NCBI GenBank assembly: GCA_964016885.1
Contig: OZ024740.1
Coordinates: forward strand, 89,714,001 to 89,778,000
Direction of reading: 5' to 3'
DNA from: Eledone cirrhosa
Taxonomy: Eukaryota
DNA: 64,000 bases
Shown: positions 13,801 to 32,928 of the stretch, piece by piece
Position numbering within the stretch: the first letter of the stretch is position 1
How the letters are laid out: each line of letters opens with the position of its first letter
Position numbers and translations under genes: made by a program
Notes under the pieces: generated by a model
The model's input: only the letters and a program-made list of their open reading frames with translations
Databases searched by the model: none
What the model was told of the DNA's origin: nothing

Positions 13801-14767
13801 CTAATCTGTATATTATTTGTGTTGTTATATGTGTCCAAAAAAAAGAGACATCATCTCATAATGTATAAGCTTCTTTCGTAACAATCGTTTATTCAGTTTT
13901 ACAGGGTTCTGTTTTGTTTGGTGAAATTAACTCATTTCCAGTCTGTCGACAGCAAATTGCTTAACGATTGCTTTCTCGCGTTTGGGGATTTCAGGTTCAT
14001 TATTGACTTCAATTATTTAAATTTGTGTCCAGAATAAACCTTCTAATTCCCGGGTATATTTGTTTCTATACATGTACAATTTAGTCCTCTACTTAATATA
14101 TGTATTGTTAGTGGAGTTAATGATATTTCTGGGGAGATTGATTGTTTGCAGTTTCTTGTTTCTATAGACCATGCCACGTTCCTGTAAATCTGGTTTCTAA
14201 TTAATAGGTGGCTTATTGAATGAATTCCTCTCCAATATTCTTATTGTCAGTATATTTTATTTTGTTAGTTTTGTAATAATTGTGTACCAGACATATAGTG
14301 TAAAATGAAATTGGAAGGCCCGCGTATATATAGACTGCTGGAATTTCAAATTTGGCGGTCATTCGATGCGTGACGGGACGACTTAGCTGACACGAAAATT
14401 AACTGCGGTAAGGATTTTTTTCTTATATCAAAGGTTAATGAGCTTCCACTGACGATTTATAAGTGCCCACCTAAATATGTTCTTACATGAAAATATGTTA
14501 GGCTTATACATAAACTGGAAACATTCTCCCAACTTGTAGAAAACTTATAATGAAACAATTGTTTGGAAAGAGAGATATATTTTAACTTTAATTATATCTC
14601 ATATAAAATAATACAACTGGCTTTCCACAAAATACATATAGTTAGCACACCAGACACTAAATTGGGCTTATACTAACGTATAACCTAATGTTTGTTGAGT
14701 GGGATGGTTACCAGTCGGAGTTTAGCTTAAAGCTTTCTCTGTTATCGTATTAAATATATATATATAT

Positions 14768-14832
14768 ATTTCAGAAGATCCCGTTAAGGGTGAAAGCAGC
14801 GATTCTTTGCTTAAACTTTAATATGTTATTTA

Positions 14833-14840
<8 letters not shown>
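14768..14840 (+). mobile_element. Solo extreme 3' end of the Naiad-type PLE family (see 58974-63232) sitting in (TA)n
   Basis: TTTCAGAAGATCCCGTTAAGGGTGAAAGCAGCGATTCTTTGCTTAAACTTTAAT matches ~17632-17700, ~21775-21845 and the reverse complement of ~59856-59927. Confidence 0.8.
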
Positions 14841-14867
<27 letters not shown>

Positions 14868-14872
<5 letters not shown>

Positions 14873-16171
14873 TAAAATATATGATAAACACAAAACGTGT
14901 TTGCATTGCAATAGACAGTCAGCTATTAATGAAATAAACTAATTAAAGTGAATACAATTTGTCTGTCTCGATATAAGTCAATAAAGACAATGTTATATTG
15001 GCAACTGCCATGATTCCTGGACAGATTTAAATTTCAAAATCTAAACCTGTTCTGTAGACGAATTTGAACCTCGAAACCTAAATCCGTTTCGCAATGGTGG
15101 TATGTGAATTTAAAAATAAAGAGAATCGAAATGAAATTGAAATAAAAAGTGAAATATCCAAATCTTCTGTGTATATCAACAGGAATCCAGTAGAAATTAG
15201 TACATTTCACATCAAAAAATTTTGCAAGTCTGGCTACACGTGTATAGCCAGACTAAACTAGCCTTCCCGCATTAACGGTGCTAGAAATAACAGACATATA
15301 TGCGGGATTAAAAATCAGCTCTAACATTTAAGGAGCAATATACTATATAATATTTTGAGAATAAGCTCTCAGTCCTTTACAATAATTAAGCTCCAGGAAA
15401 GGGTCATTACCGAGCAGTTAAATACATTAAAATATATGATAAACACAAAACGTGTTTGCATTGCAACAGACAGTCAGCTATTAATGAAATAAACTAATTA
15501 AAGTGAATACAATTTGTCTGTCTCGATATAAGTCAATAAAGACAATGTTATATTGGCAACTGCCATGATTCCTGGACAGATTTAAATTTTAAAATCCAAA
15601 CCTGTTCTGTAGACGAATTTGAACCTCGAAACCTAAATCCGATATATATTTATTTATATATATATATGTGTGTGTGCGTGTGCGTGCGTGTGTGTGTGTA
15701 TGTGTGTTTGTGTGTGTGTATATACATATATATATATAAATAAATATATATCAATGTGTGTTTGTGAGCTATATAGACCGGTCACACACAAATCTGTCCA
15801 GGAATCATGGCAGTTGCCAATATAACATTGTCTTTATTGACTTATATCGAGACAGACAAATTGTATTCACTTTAATTAGTTGATTTCATTAATAGCCGAC
15901 TGTCTGTTGCAATGCAAACACGTTTTGTGTTTATCATATATTTTAATGCATTTAACTGCTCGGAAATGACACTTTCCTGGAGCTTAATTATTGTAAAGGA
16001 CTGAGAGCTTATTCTCAAAATATTATATAGTATATATATATATATATATATATATAAGCTCTACACCTCATCACAGAAGTGAACCTAAACATCGAGTGCT
16101 CTCCCGGGTGAACCTGGAGTAACTCCAAGTTACACCCCCTGGATATATATATATATATATGTGTGTGTGTA

Positions 16172-16203
<32 letters not shown>

Positions 16204-16322
16204 TGTGTGTGTGTGCGTGTGTGTGTGTATGTGTGTTTGTGTGTGTGTGTATATACATATATATATATAAATAAATATATATCAATGTGTGTTTGTGAGC
16301 TATATAGACCGGTCACACACAC
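14868..16322. repeat. Direct + inverted local duplication complex
   Basis: 14868-15086 and 15423-15641 are a 219-bp direct repeat; 15790-16035 is the inverted copy of 15338-15583; ~15690-15790 recurs at ~16220-16322. Confidence 0.9.
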
Positions 16323-16325
16323 ACA

Positions 16326-16364
<39 letters not shown>

Positions 16365-17207
16365 ACATAAACACACACACAAGTCACTTGTTATAATTTC
16401 GTTCAACTACACCAGCAGTTCTCTCTATCTTTCTCTCTTCCATTTTCCTTCTGGGTCTCCTTCTCTCTTTCAATCTATCCTCTGACAGCCACTATCACTT
16501 TCTCTCTATATTTCACTGTCTCTATTTATAAAGGTACCCGCGAAACTCTGTATCTCGCGAACACGTGCTCCGATGTTCGTGAAACTTGTTTTATTCCATT
16601 TGTATTCGGATTTTAGGGGCAACTTCCTTTCAAAGAATTTTCCCATTATGCTCCCTTCCGGCTATATTGAATTGAAGACAAGAATAGAATCTCAGGGTTT
16701 TAGTAGTATATATATTTCGGTAATGTATATGTTATGCTGTTCCTTATACTTATTTCTTATAGACTAACTCTGGCTCAGTCTCAGATAACTTCAGTTTTCC
16801 CGGTGTAAAGATCTATTCTCTCTGTTGTTTCGAAGTTTGATGTTCATATGTATCCTCTTTGATTTCTATATTAATATGAATCTTCTTTGTTGTTATAGTT
16901 TTATGTTGACTGCGCTTTTGTCCAACCAAGTTTGGGGCATGAAATTGTCGCTTGGCAGTATAAACGTATATGTTTAACTGTTGGTGATTGTCTTTTGGAT
17001 ATTTTGATTGACCTTTTGTCAAATATGTTTTCTGAGTTCAGACTATATCAGGATTTGCCTTTGTATGTTGCATACACAGTTTGAGGTAAATCAACGTAGT
17101 ATTTCATGTTACTGATTTGAGCCTTTTTCAAAACTAGGTTTTCTGATTATAAATTTCTTTCCATACTGGAACTATGTTTCGTTTTCCCACCATTACTAAT
17201 GTAAATA

Positions 17208-17692
17208 AATTACCTCTGTAATTTATTTACATTATTCTTAACTCTGAAGCCGAGAATCATTCGGTTTCCTAATTAGAATTTTAGTCTACGACTTCAATTA
17301 TACCATAAACGTAGTTTTGTCTTTGCGTGTAATTGTTCTCATCGTTCCACATGATAACGTATTATCTTCGTTTTTTTCGTTCATTGCCAGAGAACGTCTC
17401 CACGAACCACCTAATAGAATATTAGTCTACGACTTCATGTATACCATAAACGTGGTTTTGTCTTTGCGTGTAATTGTTTTCACGGTTCCAAATAGGGACG
17501 TATTATCTTCGTTTTTTTTTCGTTCTTTGCCAGGGAACGTTTCCACGAACCAAAGTATCGCCTTCCTGTCTTCCTTCGGTTGCAATGTTTTTCGAAATAT
17601 TTACTTCTGCGTTCACAGATTGATCTTTTTAGTTTCAGACGATCCGGTTAAGGGTGAAAGCAGCGATTTTTTGCTTAAACATTAATCTGTTA

Positions 17693-17700
<8 letters not shown>
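17208..17700 (+). mobile_element. 3' UTR/pseudo-LTR fragment of the Naiad-type PLE, with two ~140-bp internal tandem units
   Basis: Aligns to ~21348-21845 and the reverse complement of ~59856-60352; unit begins TAGAAT.TTAGTCTACGACTTC; ends in (TA)n. Confidence 0.85.
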
Positions 17701-17781
<81 letters not shown>

Positions 17782-19199
17782 ATCTGTGTGTATATATTTG
17801 TGTATGTTTGGTTTTACGTTTATTTAATCATTGTAGATGCGAGTGCATTTTCCAAATATAGTTCAATATATTATAATTCTTCTTGCATAAATAAATCACT
17901 AGTATTTCAATGGAATATCTTACCAGCACACATTCTAGTGATGAACAAATTCAACTGTTTCCGAGTGTAAGTTACGTACATCTAGAGAAATGAAGAATTT
18001 GATGTTGTAGTGAGAAACAAAATATTTCAATGAAGGTACCTTCAATTTTGTATCTATAAACATCATCAACAAAATGAATAAATAGAATCAAGAGATTTCA
18101 TTTTTCTTATGCGTTTCGAATGCCTCTGGATAAATCTGTTTTATTTTTCAAGTTGCTCTGAATCATATAAGAGCGTCTTTTTGTTCACACGTTCATTTCT
18201 TAATATGAATAGTTGCTATAAATGGCTATTTCATTATTTGATCTCATTGAACAAACCTTCTGAAAAATATGTTATTCATTGATGTGATTATACATTTATT
18301 ACAAAACAATTTCGCCTAATTTCATTGTTCAAATCATCTGTAGACAGATTACCAATAATATCCACACTCCACATTTCTATTCTCTATTGATTTCCTTAAT
18401 CAATATATCATTCCTCAATCACCTCATTTCAGTGATTTAATTTTCGTTGAATTGTAACTCTTTGCATTCCTCAAGTAAATATTTTTACTACGATTATGTA
18501 AATTAATTTACGGTTTTTGCGGGAGATTTAACGGTGTGTGTTATTTCCGTCACTAACAGATTGGAATTGGATTTTGTCTTCGTTGCTCTTTGGAACAACG
18601 ATTTCATTGAAATGAAAACTACAAAATATGCATCAAGGATTTCAATTTTTTTGTCTATACATATTGATGTGTATAATCGTTATTTGTCATCATCGGGAGG
18701 TGTATGTATAATCATGTTGTCAATTCTGTCCCATATTGTATGAAGGATGTTAAATATAAACAGGTTGTGATGGATCTATATTACTTTATACAAAACTGAC
18801 CTTCACTGATTAATAACCTGCCTTCAAAACTTGCTATATTAACGACTATTCTCAAGCGATTATCATAAGTGATGTAATTAATCTGATATATATCACGTAA
18901 GAAAATAATGTTTTGTGCTCAGAAAATATAATAACTAAACTTGACAAATATTGTATTCAGCCTTTCGTCACCTACACTTAAATTGTAAATTTTATTCTAA
19001 TTGAATTATCGCCAATTACATCCGGAATTGTATGAACATTACAAATGATGCATGACTTCTTGAAATATTGATTAAAACATATATATTCATGTCATGTGAC
19101 TGTTAGTTTTAATATTGGATTCCAACATTGACACGAGATGTTGTGGACATATTTACTAAAGGAGAAATCTCAATCTTTATTAAGTAGTGAATTTACTCT

Positions 19200-20520
19200 A
19201 GGTAATATAACGGGTATTTATGAATTGCTTGTAAGTAATAATTATAAACATAATTACACAACCAAAGGCCAAAAGCAGCACTAGGGCCACCCCCATCCAC
19301 CTCGCCACAATCAACACCAACCCTTTCGGAGGACATGCCAACACTGCAGAATGATTGTGACGTGGAGGAGTGGTGGAAAACTATGAAACACAGGTAGAAA
19401 TGTACTCTTCCTTCGACCTCAAAAAAGAATGTGAAACAAACAAACATACAAACATGTTAAAACAACAACGGCACCACCACTACCCACATCGTTATCACGT
19501 GCGCTACCACCACAAACACCAATACCATTACCATCATCAACTCTAACACGACCAACCCCAACACCACAACAAGCACCAACAGCAAGCCAAACAGGAACAA
19601 ACCTACATGCGCAACTGCAACAAAAGCAAACACAATAAAACGATAAATATGTAACGCAAATCCCGGCTCTAAACACGAACAACAATCAATTATTGCACTA
19701 TATCTAGCACAACGCAGCCATCACAGAGAAACAAAGCTATACAACACCCCAAATATCCACACCACCCACACTCATACAAATAGGACGCCTCTTCCAAAAG
19801 ACATAGCGTTTTTAAGCCCCCCCCCCCCCAAAAAAAAACATCGGAGATTTCCCTGAAACCCTCTGAGGAAGGATATACAAAAGCCTCTTTGCGGAGAGGG
19901 CCACAGCAAGCCAGGACTGGTGAAAGTGGACTCACCCACCTATTCCTACTATTTTTCAACATGACCTTACTTAGAATAGGCAGCGTAAATGCACATGTCC
20001 TGAGTGATGAGGAACAACTGCTCAAGCGTACACGATGCTTCAGGTAATCAACTAAGTCCATCATGATGATTACCGCTCCATCTTCGTTTAAACGGGTGGG
20101 TCAAGCAGTGTTATTTGCTAAGTTGCCTTGGTTAAATAGGTCATGTATTGGACATGCTTGAACGGGCTGAAGACGAACACTTACCCCTTGGGGCGAGGCC
20201 GTAATTAACTTTTTCAAATTTCATTTGAAAAGAAATATCAGTGGGGAGATGGAAGTGGTCACTTCCCACCAGTTTGTTGAAAGGAGGATGAGAGGTGAAT
20301 ATGGCCCTAGTGAATAGGCCTGCTCTGACTATGTGCTTATAGATTGGAGATGGAAAACTGTCATATGGAAATTGCCCTGGTGGATAGGGTTACCGTGGCT
20401 TCTTTGTTCACTTTCTCTACTGGTGACACTTAGAATTCTCCCTTCGCTATTGTGTAATTTTACTTTGTTTTTTAGTTTTTGTTACAGCGTGTGGTCTTGT
20501 TTTTCTTTTATACAAGCTGC
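19200..20520 (+). mobile_element. Probable L1/Tx1-type LINE remnant (internally deleted)
   Basis: P/T-rich ORF1-like stretch, then MTLLRIGSVNAHVL at ~19960 resembling an APE endonuclease start, then a C-terminal-like WTCLNGLKT..GEAVINFFKFHLKRNI..E....FVER; ends at a (CA)/(TA) microsatellite. Family assignment is by recall only. Confidence 0.45.
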
Positions 20521-20521
20521 A

Positions 20522-20605
<84 letters not shown>

Positions 20606-20854
20606 GTAGAACACTAGAAGGTAATATCCGTAGTGGTAGAGCACTCAGTCCATGGGAGGAGTTAGGTAGAAGTGGTTACACAACAGTTAGTTCACCATAC
20701 TGAGAACAATTGTTTCACCTTAGCGGATCCCCAGCTCGTAATGGGCATGGTTATACGGAACTGGAAGTACAAGCATATATACATAAATATATATATATAT
20801 GTGAATATATATATATGTATGTGAATATATATATATATGCATATATACATATAT

Positions 20855-21888
20855 ATATTTTACGTCTTGATGTGGTAGCTAAGTATATGTTATGTTTATA
20901 CCATTACTTATTTGCATAGGTAAGTATATATTATCTGTATGTTATGTGAAAGTACGTATACTTTCTCGTACGTATATTTGATTGTATATGTTATGGCGAA
21001 TATTTTATATATGCTGGTACATATGCTTTTGATTATGTGTATACGTGAGTTTTGCGTCTGTGTGAGTATGCGGGTTCGTACGTATGTTGGGTGTGTGTAT
21101 ATGTGTACTTTGTGTTTTGGTTGATGTACGTCTCCGAACATATGTGTATTTACATGTAGGTATGTGTGTGCGTTTGTTATATACGTATTTATTTATTTAT
21201 TTATATATGTTTATTTAATTATTTGTATACACGCACACACACACACACATATTTATATGTGCGTGTATTTGTATACCTATGGCGAGTGTTTTTGCGTATG
21301 CTTGTGTATGTACGTATATGGATACGTTTATGTATTTATTTAATTTCAATTACCTCTGTATTTTATTTACTTTATTCTTAACTCTGAAGCCGATAATCAT
21401 TCGGTTTCCTAGTTAGAATTTTAGCCTACGACATCAGTTATACCATTTACGTGGTTTTGTCTTTGCGTGCAATTGTTCTCTACGCTCCACATATGACGTA
21501 TTATATTCGTTTTTTCCGTTCATTGAACGTCAGAGAACGTCTCTATGAACCACCTAAGAGAATATTAGTCTACGACTTCTTTTATACCATAAACGTGGTT
21601 TTGTCTTTGCGTTTAAATGTTTTTCACTGCTCCATATAATGACGTATTATATTCGTTTTCCCAGTTCTTTGCCAGGGAACGTTTCCACGAACCAAAGTAT
21701 CTTCTTCCTGTCTTCCTCCGGTTGCAACGTTTTCTTAACTATTCACTTCTGCGTTCACATATCGACTTTGTTAGTTTCAGAAGATCCCGTTAAGGGTGAA
21801 ATCAACGATTCTTTGCTTAATCTTTAATCTGTTATTTTAATAAATATTTGCTCTACGCTTCTTGTAAATTTGATATATATTTATCCTT
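20855..21888 (+). mobile_element. Long 3' UTR/pseudo-LTR of the Naiad-type PLE (non-coding copy)
   Basis: Starts with TTTTACGTCTTGATGTG.TAGCTA, which directly follows the GIY-YIG ORF at ~63208; colinear with the reverse complement of 58974-60850 minus the Helitron. Confidence 0.88.
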
Positions 21889-21940
21889 ATCGAGCCCTCT
21901 TTGGATTTTAGTCTTCAAATTTATTATTTTTACTATATAT

Positions 21941-22786
21941 ATATTGTTATACTGGGGGAGGGTCATATTTGTGTAATATTGCCAGAATTAATAACAGAAC
22001 ACACTCACTGTTTGGTTGGTTTTCGGTTTTCGCTTCTGTGTCTTTTATATCGGTAATCTAATTTATTCGGTCCTCAATGTTGCCATTGACAAACAAACGG
22101 TAAAAAATAATACAGATACAATATAGACACAAACACATATATATATATAGTTTATCAAAGTTCTTTCGTTGCACATCTGCAACATCGTCAGTGGTGCTAT
22201 TGTTTTCTCCCGTTGCATTGTATTTTCTACGCCCTCTTTATTTATTCTGTTTATATATTTATTTACTAGATTATTTTATTTCGTCTTCTTTGCGCATGTG
22301 TTTGAGTGTGTGTATAGTGTTTTGTTTGATTTGTGTTCGTGATTGGGTGACTGTGTATTGGTTAATGTATTCTATCTTTACTAGTGTGTGTTTATATGTG
22401 TTTGTTGTTATTGTGCTTGTGTATGTATTTATTTATTTATTTATCTATTTATTTATTTATACTTCTCTTAGGTCACACTAAATACAGATGGCGTAGAAAA
22501 TACAATGCAACGGGAGGAAACAATAGCACCACTGACGATGTTGCAGATGTGCAACGAAATAACTTTGATAATCTATATATATATGTGTTTGTGTCTATAT
22601 AGTATCTGTATTATTTTTGACCGTTGGTCAGTCAATGGCAACATTGAGGACCGAATAAATTAGATTACCGATATAATGTAAAAGACACAGAAGCGAAAAG
22701 CGAAAACCAACCAAACAGTGAGTGTGTTCTGTTATTAATTCTGGCAATATTACACAAATATGACCCTCCCCAAGTATAACAATATT
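21941..22786. repeat. ~300-bp inverted repeat (PLE pseudo-LTR-like) with a decayed hammerhead core in each arm
   Basis: ~21941-22242 vs ~22480-22786 are reverse complements; CTGACGA-T-GTTGCA-GATG-TGCAAC-GAAA at 22532-22559 (+) and 22164-22191 (-). Confidence 0.8.
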
Positions 22787-22947
22787 TGTTTCGACACACG
22801 ATTTCATATAACAAATTTTGCAAAACTAATTCATCGCCGTTATACTATATATATATATACCGTCAAGTAACATCGTGTGCTTTCCTGAATGTATTTCTTT
22901 TTTTGTGGTTAATAAAGAAAAAAATTATTATTATTAAGCCAAATCTA

Positions 22948-23110
22948 AACTCAGCGGGATTCGAACTCTGAACAACACGAGATATGGCCCTTTACGTTCT
23001 GATTTAAAATCTCGCCGAGGTAATCTGTGCCTTTCATCCGTATGGGGTCGATAAATAAAGCACGAGATTATGCACTGGACTTTTGCCTGAATTACAAACA
23101 AGTATTATTA
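22948..23110 (+). mobile_element. Decayed tRNA-SINE with a short oppositely oriented SINE head fragment in front
   Basis: GCCTTTCATCCGTATGGGGTCGATAAATAAAG core on +; CTCAGCGGGATTCGAACTC at ~22950-22968 is the B-box region on -. Confidence 0.7.
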
Positions 23111-23410
23111 TTGTTATACTACTATTACTACAAATACGTTTCTGTCATGTTTCGAGTGAGTATATTTTCACCCAATAATAGTCCTTGTATTTCATAGGAC
23201 AGAATATACTTGTTATTTACCACTCCCCTAATTCTATTTATAGGAAATTCTCCTCACTCCCCATTCATACCTGTATCTATTTTTCTACAGCTGTCGTATC
23301 CTTTTCTTTCTCTTCAATCTCTTCCTGCTAATCTTCACCTTCTTACCTTCTCCGTCCTTCATCCCCCTTGTTTCTTCCTCTTCGTATGTTTTTCTATCTA
23401 TACTACTATC

Positions 23411-23465
<55 letters not shown>

Positions 23466-23647
23466 CCTTTATATCTTTTCATGTTATTCTTCTTTTTGTT
23501 TGTTTATATGTTGCTGTTTTGCTTGCCTTCTATGCATCGCTATCTGTGAAAAAGTCCTTATTCCTTCTTGAAAATATGTTGTGTCTACATATAATTTTTG
23601 AATAATGAGTATCGATTTAATTTGATTGAAAAAGCACGTCCTCCGCA

Positions 23648-23715
<68 letters not shown>

Positions 23716-23893
23716 TCCTATGCATTACCATCTATGTTTGTTTACATGTCTTGCTCGCTTCACCCTGTTTTACGTGTCCCAATAACTTTCTTTAGTTATT
23801 GCTCGCACCAACCAGAGATATACGATCTTTAAAGCGAAGAAATACCAATGAAGGTTCAAAGATCACTGATGAATGATTAAATCTATTCATATA

Positions 23894-24004
<111 letters not shown>

Positions 24005-24564
24005 AGAGGATCTCCGCATACTGGAAAGGAACAAGGCATGCATGCTATATTGAATGTGTAATAGTAATATACACGAACGGCAAAAGATAAATGAACTATG
24101 TGAGAAATTAGGAATAAGAGGGATCAGATGATGTTTACTCGACTGAAGATTACGTTGGTTAGGTCACGTGATGCGCATGAGAGACAACAGCTGTATAAAG
24201 AATTGCAGGGCGATACAAATTGATTGACGTTACGGAGTAGGTAGACCCAAAAAACCTGCGACGACATAATAAAGTTCGATCTTGCACACTTGCACTTCTC
24301 TAAGACAATGTCACTGGATCGAGATATTTGGCGCTACGCAGTATTACATAAGACTTGGCGCCACACAGTATTACATAAGACCCGCCTTCCCTACGTGCAA
24401 ACTTAACCTAGTCAGTAGGCCCCTCCAAACAAAAACGTACACCACAACCAACTACCCCTACTCCAACCTCCCACTCCCGCCAACACCACCCTTTCTCTAT
24501 AACGTTATTTTGATACCACAACATCCAGTCCGATCTAATGAGATCGTGTATGTGTCTCAAAAAA

Positions 24565-24799
24565 AATACAGTCCACGCTGTAATATGGCCGTGTAGGTAA
24601 CAAGGTAAAACGTTCCCAGTCCACACTGTTAATGTGGTTGGTATGAGGAAGGGCATCCAGCCGTAGAAAACCTGCCAGATAGTCTTATACGAGCGAGACA
24701 CGGTCACCCGAACAATCTTGCCTTAAGTGGGACAACTCCGGTCTAACCCATGCTAGTGTGGAAGATAAACGTTAAACGATGACGATGATGATGATGATA
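24565..24799 (+). mobile_element. SINE (or LINE 3' end) of a second family with (GAT)n tail
   Basis: GTGGTTGG..AGGAAGGGCATCCAGCCGTAGAAAACC..CCATGCTAG..GGAA..ACGTTAAA then (GAT)n; recalled as a common cephalopod repeat, not verified. Confidence 0.6.
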
Positions 24800-31521
<6,722 letters not shown>

Positions 31522-31590
31522 TATGAAGAGAGAAGAAACATTTAGATATAATTAGTAATAAAATGTATCATACCTAAACTGCTCCTAAAT

Positions 31591-31678
31591 TCCTCGACTA
31601 CGTAGTTTCGTGGCATAAACAAAAACAATATATCAAAGATATAGAGTCCTTGCGAGGTCTGCCGACTTATCAAGAGGA
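31591..31678 (-). ncRNA. Type I hammerhead ribozyme candidate (inverted copy)
   Basis: Reverse complement of the 31890-31977 motif. Confidence 0.65.
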
Positions 31679-31889
31679 TACCTCATTTTACTAGTCTCAA
31701 GAACGCGTCTACACGACGTGAGAAAGAATCCCAAAAGGCGGAGGGGGAGATAGTCACGCGATATAACGGTCGAGAAACAGAGCTAAGCCTCCTATGATAC
31801 ATTTTATCGCGTGACTATCTCCCCCTCCGCCTTTTGGGATTCTTTCTCACGTCGTGTAGACGCGTTCTTGAGACTAGTAAAATGAGGTA

Positions 31890-31977
31890 TCCTCTTGATA
31901 AGTCGGCAGACCTCGCAAGGACTCTATATCTTTGATATATTGTTTTTGTTTATGCCACGAAACTACGTAGTCGAGGA
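31890..31977 (+). ncRNA. Type I hammerhead ribozyme candidate, U3-A8 variant with 44-nt loop II
   Basis: Stem I UCCUC/GAGGA; core UUGAUAA; stem II GU(C)GGCA/UGCCAC; GAAA; palindromic stem III ACUACGUAGU; triplet GUC, predicted cut after 31972. Confidence 0.7.
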
Positions 31978-32479
31978 ATTTAGGAGTAGTTTAGGTATGA
32001 TACATTTTATTACTAATTATATCTAAATGTTTCTTCTCTCTTCATAATGTATTTTTAACTCTGATACTGGTTCAGTCTAGTTCAACTGAATTGGTCTGTC
32101 CCAGTCATTCATTGAGCAACATCGGTGAAGTCGGCACCCTTAACTCACAGTTGGGTGCGGATGCATTCATGTATATATGTGTGTGTCCGCATGTATCTGT
32201 GTGTTTCTAAATATATTAATAACTCCCTCTGGTCGAGCAATCTTTGAAGTGTGGGGACAACTGGAAAGCTTCCATTACTCATACTTCTCGCCTTCTTCAC
32301 TACCTCTTCTACGGCCTCGATATGAATACCCCCTCCGCCTCCGTGGTATTTTCTTCGTGGTTATAGGAGGCTTAGCTCTGTTTCTCGACCGTTATATCGC
32401 GTGACTATCTCCCCCTCCGCCTTTTGGGATTCTTTCTCACGTCGTGTAGACGCGTTCTTGAGACTAGTAAAATGAGGTA

Positions 32480-32567
32480 TCCTCTTGATAAGTCGGCAGA
32501 CCTCGCAAGGACTCTATATCTTTGATATATTGTTTTTGTTTATGCCACGAAACTACGTAGTCGAGGA
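32480..32567 (+). ncRNA. Type I hammerhead ribozyme candidate (second tandem copy)
   Basis: Same sequence as 31890-31977, 590 bp downstream; predicted cut after 32562. Confidence 0.7.
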
Positions 32568-32799
32568 ATTTAGGAGCAGTTTAGGTATGATACATTTTAT
32601 TACTAATTATATCTAAATGTTTCTTCTCTCTTCATAATGTATTTTTAACTCTGATACTGGTTCAGTCTAGTTCAACTGAATTGGTCTGTCCCAGTCATTC
32701 ATTGAGCAACATCGGTGAAGTCGGCACCCTTAACTCACAGTTGGGTGCGGATGCATTCATGTATATATGTGTGTGTCCGCATGTATATGTGTGTTTCTA

Positions 32800-32887
<88 letters not shown>

Positions 32888-32928
32888 TATGAAATATAAG
32901 AATCAAAGAACTGTTCAAAACATTATTG

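Larger units (their letters stand above)
31517..32801 (+). mobile_element. Non-coding hammerhead-bearing repeat, 590-bp period, plus inverted partial copy (retrozyme-like or solo PLE pseudo-LTR)
   Basis: 31805-32211 and 32395-32801 are direct repeats (407 bp, two differences noticed); 31517-31795 is an inverted copy; (TA)n on both sides; no credible ORF. Confidence 0.85.
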
